Shown in pieces: positions 63,256 to 64,000 of a stretch of 64,000 bases of DNA (position 1 is its first letter; every line of letters starts with the position of its first letter). Source of the DNA: Trebonia sp. (GTDB taxonomy: Bacteria; Actinomycetota; Actinomycetes; Streptosporangiales; Streptosporangiaceae); the NCBI GenBank assembly GCA_050013875.1, contig JBEKEK010000019.1:3807-67806 (forward strand), given 5' to 3'. The notes beneath the pieces were generated by a model. That model did no database searches and was not told the origin of the DNA. It saw only the letters and a program-made list of their open reading frames with translations. A program made the translations under genes and the position numbers.

Positions 63256-64000
63256 GTGTCTGGGCCTGGTGGGTTTGACACCGTTCTGGTGGTCGACTTT
63301 GGGGCGCAGTATGCCCAGCTGATCGCCCGCCGGGTGCGTGAGTGCCACGTCTACTCGGAGATCGTGCCGTCGACCATGCCGGTCAGTGAGATGCTGGCCA
63401 AGCAGCCGAAGGCGATCATCTTGTCCGGCGGCCCGTCCTCGGTGTACGCCGAGGGCGCGCCCAATGCGCCGGAGGGTCTGTTCGACGTCGGCGTGCCTAT
63501 CTTCGGCATCTGCTACGGGCACCAGGTGCTGGTCAAGGAGCTTGGCGGCACGGTCGAGCGGACCGGCGCGGCCGAGTACGGCGGCACGCCGCTGCAGGTC
63601 CTGCCGGCCGGCGGCCGGCTGCTTGGCGGGCTCGGTTCCGAGCTCAGCGTCTGGATGTCGCACGGCGACACCTCCACCATCGCGCCGCCTGGTTTCACGG
63701 TGACCGCGCGGACCGCCGCCACCCCGGCCGCGGCGGTGGAGAACCCGGAGCGCGGTTTCTACGGGGTGCAGTTCCATCCCGAGGTGATGCACACCGAGTA
63801 CGGGACGCAGATCCTCCGGCGGTTCCTTGAGGCGGCGGGATGCCGGCCTACCTGGACCATGCTGAACATCGTCGAGGAGGAGACCGACCGGATCAGGGAG
63901 CAGGTCGGCGGCGGCCGCGCGATCTGCGGGCTGTCCGGCGGGGTCGACTCCGCGGTCGCCGCGGCGCTGGTCCAGCGGGCCATCGGGGAGCGGCTGACCT
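63256..64000 (+). CDS. guaA: GMP synthase (glutamine-hydrolysing), 5' part, truncated by the window edge and absent from the ORF track
   Basis: [59 protein letters not shown]. Confidence 0.97.
   Translation, partial: MSGPGGFDTVLVVDFGAQYAQLIARRVRECHVYSEIVPSTMPVSEMLAKQPKAIILSGGPSSVYAEGAPNAPEGLFDVGVPIFGICYGHQVLVKELGGTVERTGAAEYGGTPLQVLPAGGRLLGGLGSELSVWMSHGDTSTIAPPGFTVTARTAATPAAAVENPERGFYGVQFHPEVMHTEYGTQILRRFLEAAGCRPTWTMLNIVEEETDRIREQVGGGRAICGLSGGVDSAVAAALVQRAIGERLT

Overview
High-GC actinobacterial chromosome segment. Gene content and order suggest a Streptosporangiales-like organism, which is an inference. Most of it is housekeeping and carbon metabolism: malic enzyme, kgd, monomeric icd + mdh, the treS-mak-glgE-glgB/glgP alpha-glucan cluster, a ROK-regulated GlcNAc/chito-oligosaccharide locus (nagA, ABC importer, GH3 NagZ), hutF-hutI, sppA, galK and the 5' part of guaA. 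Accessory genes include a YtrA-type GntR/ABC exporter with two paralogous permeases and an uncharacterised GT4 / methyltransferase / QW-repeat alpha-barrel operon. No tRNA, rRNA, transposase, integrase or CRISPR-cas locus was recognised. The best leads are: (i) the GT4-MTase-barrel operon and a displaced Methyltransf_24 gene; (ii) a Ser/Thr kinase tail-to-tail with an FHA-HTH protein just upstream of icd-mdh; (iii) at least four intergenic elements with unrelated sequences but the same build, namely 20-23 bp inverted arms, sometimes with extra arm copies at ~30 bp; (iv) TamR-like operators at icd and at an orphan glyoxalase; (v) small proteins resembling a stand-alone UvrD/PcrA Tudor domain and a heme-less cytochrome c domain; (vi) a beta-hydroxyacid dehydrogenase homolog lacking its catalytic Lys. 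All family calls come from motifs recognised by eye, not database searches. Several start codons were moved from the ORF track.
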